A stretch of DNA of 52,336 bases. It comes from Candidatus Woesearchaeota archaeon (GTDB lineage: Archaea > Nanobdellota > Nanobdellia > Pacearchaeales > GW2011-AR1). This document shows positions 7,525 to 15,905 of the stretch, in pieces. The translations under genes were made by a program, and so were the position numbers. The stretch is from NCBI GenBank assembly GCA_964518155.1, contig CAZFDH010000001.1:1-52336 (forward strand), given 5' to 3'. Positions within the stretch are counted from its first letter, which is position 1. The number at the start of each line of letters is the position of its first letter. A model generated the notes under the pieces. That model had not been told where the DNA came from. It saw only the letters and a list, made by a program, of their open reading frames with translations, and searched no databases.

Positions 7525-9360
7525 TCACTCCATTGGTCTTCCACTCATTCTGCTTCCAGCCGCACCTTGAGCTGAACCACCTAGTTCCGACGGAAGCCGT
7601 GAAAAACCCGCGCCCCAAGTCTCATAATTTGTTTGAGGAAGCATCATACCATAACCGCCAAAATAACCTTGATACAATCCATTCGTTTGATTCCAATACG
7701 GTCCCATTTTCATTCCATATATCGGCGAACCCATTCCTTCTAAAATTGCAGGATAAGGAGAAATTCCGAAATGCTGCGGAATACCTGAAGCCTCGACGAT
7801 CTTCCGCGTATCTCCAAGAACGCCTGCTTTTTCCAAAACTTCTAAATGTTCTTTAAACGGAACGTTTCCCATTCCAGGAGCCAAGTGACTATCACTATAA
7901 CCGAAGTTATCTGTTAAATGAACATGCTTAACATACTTCGCAAATTTCTCGGCTTCCTTAACTAAATCTTTGTCAGTAAAACCATGCTTCTTCGCAATAT
8001 TCAAATGCCCGACGTCAAAAGTCATACCAATTATATCTTTCGCTGCCTTTTCCGCTTCACCTTGTGACAAACCTTTTTTCAAAGCAGTATCAATAAAATT
8101 CTTCCTCGAAGCTTCAATCAACGCAGCCATTTCATCACCCATCGAATGCGCAATTCCAGGATAAACATTTTCAATTCCAATTTTAGGAGGCGCAATTCCT
8201 CGCTTCTTAGATTCTTCAAACGCATGCCATGCAACATTCGCGAACGTCTGCGACGACTTTTCTTTAGCAAATTCTTCAACTTGAACGAAAAGGTTTGGAT
8301 TAAATTTTTCCAGCTCTTGATTCAAATAAAAAAGCGCATCAGACTGTCTTTTTGGATCAAGTGAAGTTATTTCTCTAATCATTTTTCCATCTTTTTCTTG
8401 TATTCCTAACATCTTTTTATATTCTTCAGCAACTTTCAATAACTCTTTCCTATCTTCCTCAGTGCCATATTTGTAGGCCTTATTGAAATTACCATTTGCA
8501 CTTAAACTTGCCTGTTTCATATACTCATGCGCCGAATAAATTTTACTGATATCTTGCTGTTCTCCTTCCTCTATTTCTGGTTTAGGAGCATGCTGTGGAT
8601 CATCATTATATTGCACTAGTTGCAAAAATTTAGCTCTTGCAATTGGAGAAACATTTTCAATAATTCTTTCCGCACTTTCTCTCTGAAATTCAACTTTAGA
8701 TAATTCTTGATCCCATTGACTATGATTTACAGTTTTTAATTCATCATAAATGTCTGGAACTTTACCAAATTCATCTTTTCCCATACTCGGATAATATCTC
8801 TCCTTCGCCTCGATCGGAGTCATTCTTCCACTTTCCCTGTCGACAACAATCATTTTTTCAATAACTTTGTTGCCTTTCTCGTCGATCTTCCACTCAGTTC
8901 CCGGAATATTCGCCGAATGCATTACAATCGGAATTCTTCCATTTTCATCCAAATCAAAAGTCTTGTCAATAACTGACATAAATCTCCTCTCTGCTAAAAC
9001 TCTATTTTCTTCGCTCCATCCAGCTTGCTGATCTAGTCCCGACGCTTCCATCAAAGGAGCATGAACAGAAATCTTAGCACCAGTTAATTTAGCCATCCTG
9101 TTTATTTCCTTAAAATGATCTTTTGGAATTTGATCAAAAACATCTGGAGACAAAGCGCCAACTTCAATCGGAACAATACCTTGATTTAACAACGCATTAA
9201 CTTGTGCAATTTGATTTGCAGTATCTGGTTTCGTTGGCGCACCAATCTGTCCCGTCGGAACTCTTATTCCGCCTCCTATAAATGGACCATAATTTGGTTT
9301 GAAAGAATCGTAACCGCCTTGATAAATATCTTCGACTTTGTATCCACCAACTTTTACCAT
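7525..9360 (-). CDS. xylose-isomerase-like / AP-endonuclease-2-type TIM-barrel protein with a large insertion and a Gly/Tyr/Met-rich tail
   Basis: 611 aa. The C-terminal TIM-barrel motifs are FDVGHLN and VKHVHLTDNFGYSDSHLAPGMGNVPF, and the N-terminal part contains KISVHAP. The two halves are separated by about 230 aa of charged helical sequence. The tail is GLYQGYFGGYGMMLPQ... Confidence 0.6.
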   Translation of the reverse strand: MVKVGGYKVEDIYQGGYDSFKPNYGPFIGGGIRVPTGQIGAPTKPDTANQIAQVNALLNQGIVPIEVGALSPDVFDQIPKDHFKEINRMAKLTGAKISVHAPLMEASGLDQQAGWSEENRVLAERRFMSVIDKTFDLDENGRIPIVMHSANIPGTEWKIDEKGNKVIEKMIVVDRESGRMTPIEAKERYYPSMGKDEFGKVPDIYDELKTVNHSQWDQELSKVEFQRESAERIIENVSPIARAKFLQLVQYNDDPQHAPKPEIEEGEQQDISKIYSAHEYMKQASLSANGNFNKAYKYGTEEDRKELLKVAEEYKKMLGIQEKDGKMIREITSLDPKRQSDALFYLNQELEKFNPNLFVQVEEFAKEKSSQTFANVAWHAFEESKKRGIAPPKIGIENVYPGIAHSMGDEMAALIEASRKNFIDTALKKGLSQGEAEKAAKDIIGMTFDVGHLNIAKKHGFTDKDLVKEAEKFAKYVKHVHLTDNFGYSDSHLAPGMGNVPFKEHLEVLEKAGVLGDTRKIVEASGIPQHFGISPYPAILEGMGSPIYGMKMGPYWNQTNGLYQGYFGGYGMMLPQTNYETWGAGFSRLPSELGGSAQGAAGSRMSGRPME

Positions 9361-9390
9361 TTTGAACTAATGAATTTTATTTATTTAAAC

Positions 9391-9975
9391 TTATCTCGTT
9401 TTGTACTTGCGCATAAATTCCGGACCTTTCTCTTCATCAACTCTTACAAATCTGCCGTCGGAAACAAAATATTTTGCATCTCTTTCTTCAAATTCTTTAG
9501 GTCTGACTGAATAAACATCATCTGCAGTCACCGCCCTCATTTTTTCATGCGGCATAATTTCTTGAACTTCTTTGGAGACTTCCTGATAATCACTTGAATT
9601 ATAACTTGTTTCATATTTTTTTCCTTGATACCTGCGGCGATCTTCTTGAGGCAAAACCACTCCTGAAAGAACTTCTTCCAAATCTCTTACTCTCTGTTGA
9701 AGTTTTTCTTCCTTCAGCGTCGGATTCGCCTCAGGTAATTCTAATTTAACTTCAGGGGTCTTTTCTTTGTGATCATCCACAAATTCTTTAGCCTCTTTTC
9801 CTTCTGAATCTTTAAACTCTTCTTCATCAGAAATTTTTCTTTCCTTCGAATCCTTTTCTCTTCGACCGCTTTTGGCATCACGCACGAACTCTGGCTTTGA
9901 ATTTTTCTTTAGAGAACCGACATCGGGAATTCCTTTCCCAGTCACCTTAGCATTACTTTTCTCCCCTTTATCCAT
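9391..9975 (-). CDS. hypothetical highly charged protein
   Basis: The track ORF begins at a TTG at 9993. I use the ATG at 9975 (MDKGEKS...). The protein is Lys/Glu/Asp-rich and I recognise no family. It is the middle gene of a tight three-gene string. Confidence 0.5.
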   Translation of the reverse strand: MDKGEKSNAKVTGKGIPDVGSLKKNSKPEFVRDAKSGRREKDSKERKISDEEEFKDSEGKEAKEFVDDHKEKTPEVKLELPEANPTLKEEKLQQRVRDLEEVLSGVVLPQEDRRRYQGKKYETSYNSSDYQEVSKEVQEIMPHEKMRAVTADDVYSVRPKEFEERDAKYFVSDGRFVRVDEEKGPEFMRKYKTR

Positions 9976-10009
9976 CAGAAATAAACACTTCAAAAATATT
10001 TAAGCTTAA

Positions 10010-11383
10010 CTAAGTAAAACTAACCATTCCATGTGCTTTTTTGTAAGTGTCGAAAATCGCATACAAGCTATCTGTCGCACCTTCCGCCGCATTTTTTCTC
10101 AAATAATTTTTTTCTATCCAATCATCTTCTCTTATCTTACCGTCTTTCTTTTTGTCTTCTTTTTTATCTTCAGTCTTATCGTATCCTCCAATTAACGCTT
10201 TGAAAGGATTCGAATCATCTTTGACTTCTTTTTTCTTTTTTTCCTGTTCTTTATCTTCACCTAAGAAATAATCAATATCTTTTTGTAGTTGGTCCAAACT
10301 CTCCGTCGTAGAACCTTCAATTAATCTAAGAACATCACCCAAATCTGACTTATTCAATTCTTCATCTAATTTCTTCAATTCATCATCATTTAACGCGTAT
10401 GCTTTGAAGTTAACTTCTGTCTTACCAACATAAGCTCCTTGACCTGGAAGCCCAACAAACCTAAAGCTCAGTAGAACACATTTGTTATATTTTCGTTTGA
10501 ATTTCATTTTTGCAAAATCCATCGGCATATTTCCCGATGCTGCTTCTCCAGCCGGATCGACAGATGATTTCCCCAAAAGAACAACTTCAAAAACAGTACG
10601 ATTAAAGATATTCACAATATTTGGATCTCTACCTAAATGTTTGGATTCAAGCTCTTCTGACATTCTCAAATACGGTTTAACCCATCGGGAATAAAGTTTC
10701 AAACTGTTAACTTGGCTTTTCAAATAATTTCTTTCTATTTCATATCTTTTTCTTAATTCCGCTTCGGACTGAGAAAGCCATGTCTCAAACTCTTGAACTC
10801 TTGAGATTACAATTCTTTTTACTCTGTCATTCAAATCCAATTTCTCAGCTGACTTAACATCTTCAGAAGCCAAAAACGCATCAATCACTGTAACAAAACC
10901 TGCCTGTGTCGTCGCCAAACCCTTTAAACTGGAGTTACCTTTTTGGAAATCTACTTTGTCCATCCAAATTTGTTTCAGAGAAAGCAAAGCCGCATTTCTC
11001 ATCGAACTATCTTTTGATTTCAATCCTTCATAGTGATCAAGTCGAATTCTAAATTCTCTTAAGTCATAAATTAAATTCAAAATACTTCTTAAGACCGTGT
11101 TGGTATCCCCTAATAATTTAGATGCTTGCTGCTGCATAATTCCTTTCCTTTGTCCTAATTCTTGCGCATGCGGTGAACCCGGAGGCAACGAAAAGTTATC
11201 AACGAGTTTTTCAACTTTATAACCAAAACTCCCAAGAAGATCTAACAAGAAATAATAAACTGGTTCAACAGTTTCCGTGAACGACTCATAGAGAAGATCG
11301 TGATTTGATTCCGGCCCACCCTTTTTTTTGTAGTAAGAGCTTACATCTTGTATTAGTTGATCAACCGACTTTATTTCAGCCAT
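10010..11383 (-). CDS. hypothetical protein (first gene of a three-gene operon)
   Basis: 457 aa with a TATA-like TTTTTTAAAC about 27 nt upstream on the reverse strand. I see no nucleotide-binding or catalytic motif. It has coiled-coil-like stretches and a Lys/Asp/Glu-rich C-terminal region. Confidence 0.6.
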   Translation of the reverse strand: MAEIKSVDQLIQDVSSYYKKKGGPESNHDLLYESFTETVEPVYYFLLDLLGSFGYKVEKLVDNFSLPPGSPHAQELGQRKGIMQQQASKLLGDTNTVLRSILNLIYDLREFRIRLDHYEGLKSKDSSMRNAALLSLKQIWMDKVDFQKGNSSLKGLATTQAGFVTVIDAFLASEDVKSAEKLDLNDRVKRIVISRVQEFETWLSQSEAELRKRYEIERNYLKSQVNSLKLYSRWVKPYLRMSEELESKHLGRDPNIVNIFNRTVFEVVLLGKSSVDPAGEAASGNMPMDFAKMKFKRKYNKCVLLSFRFVGLPGQGAYVGKTEVNFKAYALNDDELKKLDEELNKSDLGDVLRLIEGSTTESLDQLQKDIDYFLGEDKEQEKKKKEVKDDSNPFKALIGGYDKTEDKKEDKKKDGKIREDDWIEKNYLRKNAAEGATDSLYAIFDTYKKAHGMVSFT

Positions 11384-11454
11384 ACAAATAATTAGTTAAC
11401 AGTGTTTAAAAAATGTATGGGAAGATTTTTAACTACTTCTTTTGCTAAAATTGT

Positions 11455-12039
11455 ATGGAAATGCAGAATCTAAATGATCCAAGATATTTCCTTGGAGAAG
11501 GAGAACGAACAAGTAGGGGAGAAATAACAAGAGTTCACTTAACAAGAGCTAGGTCTATGGGGAATAGTACTACGAGAAGAAATATCGGAGAATATATTCA
11601 GAAGTTTAGAAGTGATGTAAACAAGAAATTATCTCCTAGATTTAGAATGAAAACAGCAGAGCAGATTTTAGAGGAAGAATTAACTAGTGGATGTAGTGAT
11701 GTCGCTTTAGCATTTTGCGTACTATCAAGGGAAGCAGGAATCCCTACAAGATATGTAGAAACATTTGAGGAAGAGAATATTATTAATCCTAGTTCACATG
11801 TAAGTGGACATGTATTTCTAGATCTTTACTTAGACGATCAATGGTTTCCTTATGAACCATTGAGGGGATTTATGAAAAGCTCTGATTACTCTCTTTCAGG
11901 CAGAAATTATATTCTTGTTGGAAAAGGTCTAGATTTTACTGATTTAGTTAGTCCTCATGGAGAAAAAATGAATTTAGATTCAGTTGATAAATTAATGGCT
12001 TTAAGAAATAAGATGTCAAGTCAAATTAAAAATAGATAG
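11455..12039 (+). CDS. transglutaminase-like cysteine protease superfamily protein
   Basis: 194 aa. SGCSDVALAFCVLSREAGIPTRYV, followed by SGHVFLDLYLDDQWFPYEP, matches the Cys...His...Asp transglutaminase-core arrangement. Confidence 0.65.
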   Translation: MEMQNLNDPRYFLGEGERTSRGEITRVHLTRARSMGNSTTRRNIGEYIQKFRSDVNKKLSPRFRMKTAEQILEEELTSGCSDVALAFCVLSREAGIPTRYVETFEEENIINPSSHVSGHVFLDLYLDDQWFPYEPLRGFMKSSDYSLSGRNYILVGKGLDFTDLVSPHGEKMNLDSVDKLMALRNKMSSQIKNR

Positions 12040-12083
12040 TCTTCAATCCTTAAATTTAAAAACGTCAGTTTCATCTAGAAAAT

Positions 12084-12434
12084 ATGGCCTTTTTTGGAAT
12101 GGGTAAGAAAAGGGATGTTGTAGATTTGGGAGAATTTTATAGAAAACATCAAGATAGAGTTGAAAGAATGAAAGAGGACGTCAAGGAATCTCAGACAGCT
12201 CCTTCTCCAGAAAACGCTTCAGGCCTACCAATGTTTAACTTCGATCAGCCAAGAGTTGAAACTTATTCTGAAAACTTACAAGAAAATCATTCTCCTGAAG
12301 AAAGAAGAAAAAAACTTGCAAAACGTTTGATTGATATGACGAACAAAATCGACGACCTCACAAGCCAAGTTTATCACCTTCAGCAAAGAGTTGAAGTTCT
12401 TGAAAAGAAAAACAAAACAGAATTCTTAAATTAA
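12084..12434 (+). CDS. hypothetical coiled-coil protein
   Basis: 116 aa with a TATA-like TTAAATTTAAAAA about 25 nt upstream and a C-terminal heptad-like segment, IDDLTSQVYHLQQRVEVLEKK. Confidence 0.5.
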   Translation: MAFFGMGKKRDVVDLGEFYRKHQDRVERMKEDVKESQTAPSPENASGLPMFNFDQPRVETYSENLQENHSPEERRKKLAKRLIDMTNKIDDLTSQVYHLQQRVEVLEKKNKTEFLN

Positions 12435-12444
12435 ATATTTAAAC
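12435..12444 (+). promoter_or_regulatory. TATA-like box upstream of GluRS
   Basis: ATATTTAAAC, centred about 25 nt upstream of the ATG at 12465. This implies a leaderless or near-leaderless mRNA. Confidence 0.45.
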
Positions 12445-12464
12445 TATCTTTAACATAAACCACT

Positions 12465-13673
12465 ATGAAAGATTTTGAGAAAAAAACAAAAGCCTATGCG
12501 CTAAAAAACGCTCTTGCTCACGAAGGAAAAGCCCAAGTCGGAAGCGTAATTTCTTCTTTATTTAACGAAGGACTAAAACGAGAAGATGTCAAAGAATATT
12601 CTAAAAAAATAAATGAAATTGTCTTAGAAGTAAACAAACTATCACTTCAAAAACAAGAAAAAGAATTTGAATCGCTAAAAGAAATAATCTCGGAAAGAGA
12701 ATCTCGTGTTGGTCTTCCCGAATTGCCCGACGTTCCAAAATCAGGAGTAGTAATGCGTTTCCGCCCAGCCCCATCAGGTCCAATGCATGTAGGTCACATA
12801 ATTTCAAACATGGCTTCATCCTTATACGTAAAAAAATACGGAGGAAAATTTTACATAATCATCGACGACACTGATCCAGAAACAACTTTAAAATCTGCCT
12901 ACGCCGATTTGAAAAAGGATTGTGATTGGATTTTCGCAAACGTAACAGAATATCTGAATGCTTCAGATAGAATTGAACTTTATTACAAATACGCTCTAGA
13001 ACTAATAAAAAAAGACAAGGCCTATGTTTGCACTTGTCCTCAGGAAAAATTCAAAGAACTTTCAATGAAGAAAAAAGATTGTCCTTGTAGAAAGTTTACA
13101 GTTAAAGAAAACCTCCAGCGTTGGGCAGAAATGCTTGATAAAAAAGGATTCAAAGAAGGCGAAGCGGTTTTGAGATTCAAATCCGACATGAAACATCCTA
13201 ATCCTGCAATGAGAGATTTCCCTCTTGCAAGAATTTCTGAAAAGGATCATCCGTTGCAAGGAAAAAAATATCGCGTTTGGCCGTTAATGAATTTAGCCGT
13301 TGCCGTCGACGACATGGAACTAAAAATGACTCACATAATCCGTGGAAAAGACCATCGTGACAACGCAGAAAGACAAAAATTGATTTTCGAAGTTTTCGGA
13401 AAAAAATACCCTCACTCATTTTTCATCGGGAGAGTTAAATTCACGGATTTGGTTTTATCAAAAAGAAAAATCACTGCATTAATCGAGTCGGGCGAATTTT
13501 CTTCTTCAGAAGATGAAAAACTCCCTACAGTCGCTTCATTAAGAAAAAGAAATTACTCACCGCAGGCATTCGCCGAATTTGTTGAACAAAGGGGCCTTAC
13601 TGAAGTTGACAAAGTTATTTCTGGAAAAGATTTCTTCGACGTCATTGATAGATATAATAATTCTCGAGAATAA
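12465..13673 (+). CDS. gltX: glutamyl-tRNA synthetase, archaeal/eukaryal class Ic type, catalytic domain only (no anticodon-binding domain)
   Basis: 402 aa. The HIGH motif is RFRPAPSGPMHVGHI and the KMSKS-type motif is LVLSKRK. The ORF stops about 70 aa after KMSKS, where full-length archaeal GluRS enzymes continue into beta-barrel anticodon-binding domains. Confidence 0.8.
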   Translation: MKDFEKKTKAYALKNALAHEGKAQVGSVISSLFNEGLKREDVKEYSKKINEIVLEVNKLSLQKQEKEFESLKEIISERESRVGLPELPDVPKSGVVMRFRPAPSGPMHVGHIISNMASSLYVKKYGGKFYIIIDDTDPETTLKSAYADLKKDCDWIFANVTEYLNASDRIELYYKYALELIKKDKAYVCTCPQEKFKELSMKKKDCPCRKFTVKENLQRWAEMLDKKGFKEGEAVLRFKSDMKHPNPAMRDFPLARISEKDHPLQGKKYRVWPLMNLAVAVDDMELKMTHIIRGKDHRDNAERQKLIFEVFGKKYPHSFFIGRVKFTDLVLSKRKITALIESGEFSSSEDEKLPTVASLRKRNYSPQAFAEFVEQRGLTEVDKVISGKDFFDVIDRYNNSRE

Positions 13674-13751
13674 AAAGTTTTAAATAAGGCGATTAATTTG
13701 TACACTCAGGATGCGTTGCATTCAATAAAGAGGATGAAAGGAGGTGAGATT

Positions 13752-14195
13752 ATGAATAATAAAAAAGGTCTTTCTGATGTTGTTACCGCTCTAATAATTA
13801 TCCTTTTAGTGCTTGTAGCATTAGGAATAGTTTGGGTAGTTATAAGAAATTTAATCGACAGCAGCAGCGGACAAATCGACACATTAAGTCAATGTCCTTT
13901 GATAAATGTAAATATCGTTTCTGCGGTTTACGATCCTGTAGCAGACAAGTTAAATGTTACAGTTGAAAGAGCTGCAGGTGGTGGAGATATCAATGGAGTT
14001 TTAGTAGTCGCTAGCGACGGAACAACTTCTGCTTCGAACGACACAGTCGATCTAAACGAACTTGACAGAAAAACTGCTGTTATATCTATGTCAACAACAC
14101 CAACAAGTGTTACTGTTGCGCCTTACTTCACTGTTAACGGTGAAAGACAAGTATGTTCAACATCTGAAACAAGTGATGATATAACAACACTTTAA
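13752..14195 (+). CDS. archaeal type IV pilin-like protein (class III signal peptide)
   Basis: I chose the ATG at 13752, which is preceded by GGAGGTGA. The N-terminus is MNNKKGLSDVVTALIIILLVLVALGIVWVVI, that is, a short basic leader, G/LS and a hydrophobic helix, typical of archaeal pilin/archaellin N-termini. The C-terminal part is Thr/Ser-rich. Confidence 0.65.
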   Translation: MNNKKGLSDVVTALIIILLVLVALGIVWVVIRNLIDSSSGQIDTLSQCPLINVNIVSAVYDPVADKLNVTVERAAGGGDINGVLVVASDGTTSASNDTVDLNELDRKTAVISMSTTPTSVTVAPYFTVNGERQVCSTSETSDDITTL

Positions 14196-14287
14196 TTTCA
14201 TTTTTTATTTTATTTTCTCTTTTTATTTTATTACCAATCAGTGGCAACTATGCAAAAGTTTAAATACGCATTTTCTAATGAAATTTT

Positions 14288-14623
14288 ATGACAATTGAAG
14301 ACACACTAAAAAATTTATTAGAAGGTCCAAATGGAGAAGAATATAGAAAAGTTCTCGCTTTAGATAGCATGCCTCGAACTCAACCAAAAGAGATTAAACA
14401 AAGATTAAGAAGATGCGATCTTTGTCATGCCGTAGAAATGGAAGGTCAGTTAGTTCCTTTGGGAGAATATGATCAAAACGAATTTGACTATAGTGACGCA
14501 TCTCTTTCCTATGAATGTGCAGCAAAGTTATATGGAAAAGAAATGGCAGACAGATTACTTCAGAGAGCCGAAAGAGACAATCAACCTTTGTATGATTCCT
14601 GCCCAACTCAGTCAGATCAATAA
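14288..14623 (+). CDS. hypothetical protein
   Basis: 111-aa ORF with a TATA-like AGTTTAAATAC about 25 nt upstream. I recognise no family. Confidence 0.45.
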   Translation: MTIEDTLKNLLEGPNGEEYRKVLALDSMPRTQPKEIKQRLRRCDLCHAVEMEGQLVPLGEYDQNEFDYSDASLSYECAAKLYGKEMADRLLQRAERDNQPLYDSCPTQSDQ

Positions 14624-14625
14624 AT

Positions 14626-14635
14626 CTTTTATACT
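14626..14635 (+). promoter_or_regulatory. TATA-like box for tRNA-His
   Basis: CTTTTATACT, centred about 26 nt upstream of the G-1 of tRNA-His at 14657. Confidence 0.45.
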
Positions 14636-14656
14636 CATTATTTCTAATTTAATCAT

Positions 14657-14728
14657 GGCGGTTGTAGTTCAATGGTAGAACGTGTGACTGTGGCTCGCAA
14701 AACGAGGGTTCGATTCCCTCTTTCCGCC
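14657..14728 (+). tRNA. tRNA-His (anticodon GUG) with a genome-encoded G-1
   Basis: Hand fold: G-1, acceptor GCGGTTG, D arm GTTC-AATGGTA-GAAC, anticodon arm TGTGA-CTGTGGC-TCGCA, T arm GAGGG-TTCGATT-CCCTC and 3' strand TTTCCGC plus C73. The inner end of the acceptor stem is weak, with two U-U mismatches and one G-U pair. Confidence 0.75.
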
Positions 14729-14783
14729 CTTTCGAACTTAGCGAGAAAAGAGTGGGACAAGAAATTTATTTCGATCCGCCCTT
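14723..14783 (+). repeat. direct repeat of the tRNA-His 3' end (TCCGCCCTT at 14723-14731 and 14775-14783), period 52 nt
   Basis: Exact 9-nt duplication read directly from the sequence. The 43-nt interval between the two copies (14732-14774) is homologous to the tRNA-Trp trailer. Confidence 0.8.
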
Positions 14784-14788
14784 AAATT

Positions 14789-15304
14789 TCATCCCCCCTT
14801 CTTAAATTCCCTCTGCATTTCTTCATACTGCTGAAGCGCCCTTTCCCATCGATCTGAATGTTCTAACATATATTCGGCAAGTAATTGATAAGATTCATCT
14901 CTTCCAATATTATTCACAATCTGTGGCCATCTTCTTTCATACCAACTCGTTGGCGGACTCACTGAGCTCGCTCCTGCAAGAGGATCCGGACAAGCATAAA
15001 TAATTCTACCAACCCGATTATGAATCATTGTACCAAAGCACATAAGGCACGGCTCCAGCGTCGTAAAAACTTCTATCCGTTTTCCGCCATTATGGGAAGC
15101 TTGTATTAAAGAAGCATACTCTTCAACTAACTTCAATTCTGCATGAGAAAAAAAATTAGAATCAGTCACCTGATTATTTCTTCCAACACCTATAACCTCT
15201 CCGTCAATAACTAATGCCGCTCCTATCGGTAAATTTCCTTCTAGTTTAGCCTTTCGTGCTTCATCGAGTGCAATATTCATATAAACTAAATCATTACCGC
15301 TCAT
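14789..15304 (-). CDS. cytidine/deoxycytidylate deaminase-family zinc enzyme (TadA/nucleoside-deaminase-like)
   Basis: 171 aa with the zinc motifs SHAELKLVEE and LEPCLMCFGTM (H-A-E ... P-C-x-x-C). Confidence 0.75.
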   Translation of the reverse strand: MSGNDLVYMNIALDEARKAKLEGNLPIGAALVIDGEVIGVGRNNQVTDSNFFSHAELKLVEEYASLIQASHNGGKRIEVFTTLEPCLMCFGTMIHNRVGRIIYACPDPLAGASSVSPPTSWYERRWPQIVNNIGRDESYQLLAEYMLEHSDRWERALQQYEEMQREFKKGG

Positions 15305-15852
15305 TTCTTTTTTCCCTTCTTCTTAGAGCTAATGAAATAAATCAAAGCTGCAAAAATAAACAGTTCAATCAAAAACATCCCGATAAAATAAAACACCTTA
15401 TTATCTTTAGTTTGTTGTTTTGTAAGTGAAATTTTTTCTCCATCTTCATTAGTTTCAACATCATCGGCACTCTTTACAACTTGACTATTAAATTTAGCAC
15501 CTACAGTTGCTTTCTTGTTATCATCCTCATTATTTGAATCATCGTTATTGTCATCAGAATTGTCTTCATTTATTCCTCCTTCATCCTCAGAGCCGCACGT
15601 TAATTCTTCCGAGTTGCACGCATTCAGACTCATTGGACAATAAACTCCAGGACTAACTTCTTTAACGCAATATTGGCAACCGCCGCTGCTTGTACATTCA
15701 CGGTCCGCAATTCCTTCATTACATTTTGAGAATTCAATACTATCTCCTTCATCTAAACAAAGCAATTTAATTTCATCAGCCAACACTAAATTAGCCAAGA
15801 ATGCAACCAAGACTAATCCAAATACTAACATCAACAATCTTTTAGATTTCAT
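15301..15852 (-). CDS. secreted Cys-rich protein with a C-terminal membrane anchor
   Basis: 183 aa with an N-terminal signal-like helix, a Cys-rich domain, an Asp/Asn-rich linker, a C-terminal TM helix and a KKKGKKK tail. Its stop overlaps the start of the downstream deaminase gene by 4 nt. Confidence 0.5.
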   Translation of the reverse strand: MKSKRLLMLVFGLVLVAFLANLVLADEIKLLCLDEGDSIEFSKCNEGIADRECTSSGGCQYCVKEVSPGVYCPMSLNACNSEELTCGSEDEGGINEDNSDDNNDDSNNEDDNKKATVGAKFNSQVVKSADDVETNEDGEKISLTKQQTKDNKVFYFIGMFLIELFIFAALIYFISSKKKGKKK

Positions 15853-15905
15853 AAAATATCCAAAATCTCTCCTTTTTTAAGCATTATTGGGATCCAAAAG
15901 ATTTG

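Noticed and set aside
7533-8364. Plus-strand ORFs of 64-107 aa (7533-7856, 7970-8164, 8146-8364)
   Set aside because: They are antisense to the 611-aa TIM-barrel gene and their translations are low in complexity. I treat them as shadow ORFs. The same reasoning applies to 9202-9510, 10482-10694, 12601-13419, 28289-28552, 30956-31210, 32400-32705, 35195-35452, 36215-36448, 36696-37028, 38819-39010, 39630-39818, 42011-42347, 49055-49661 and similar track entries.
13674-13751. A frameshifted or split continuation of GluRS (an anticodon-binding domain in another frame)
   Set aside because: Only 78 nt separate the GluRS stop from the pilin start (ATG at 13752). The downstream ORF is clearly a pilin with a class III signal peptide. 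There is no room for a domain of about 150 aa.
14729-14783. Calling the tRNA-flanking repeats an integrated mobile element
   Set aside because: There is no integrase, transposase or other element-borne gene anywhere in the window. The segments between the repeats are only 39-106 nt, with no coding capacity. I annotate them only as repeats.
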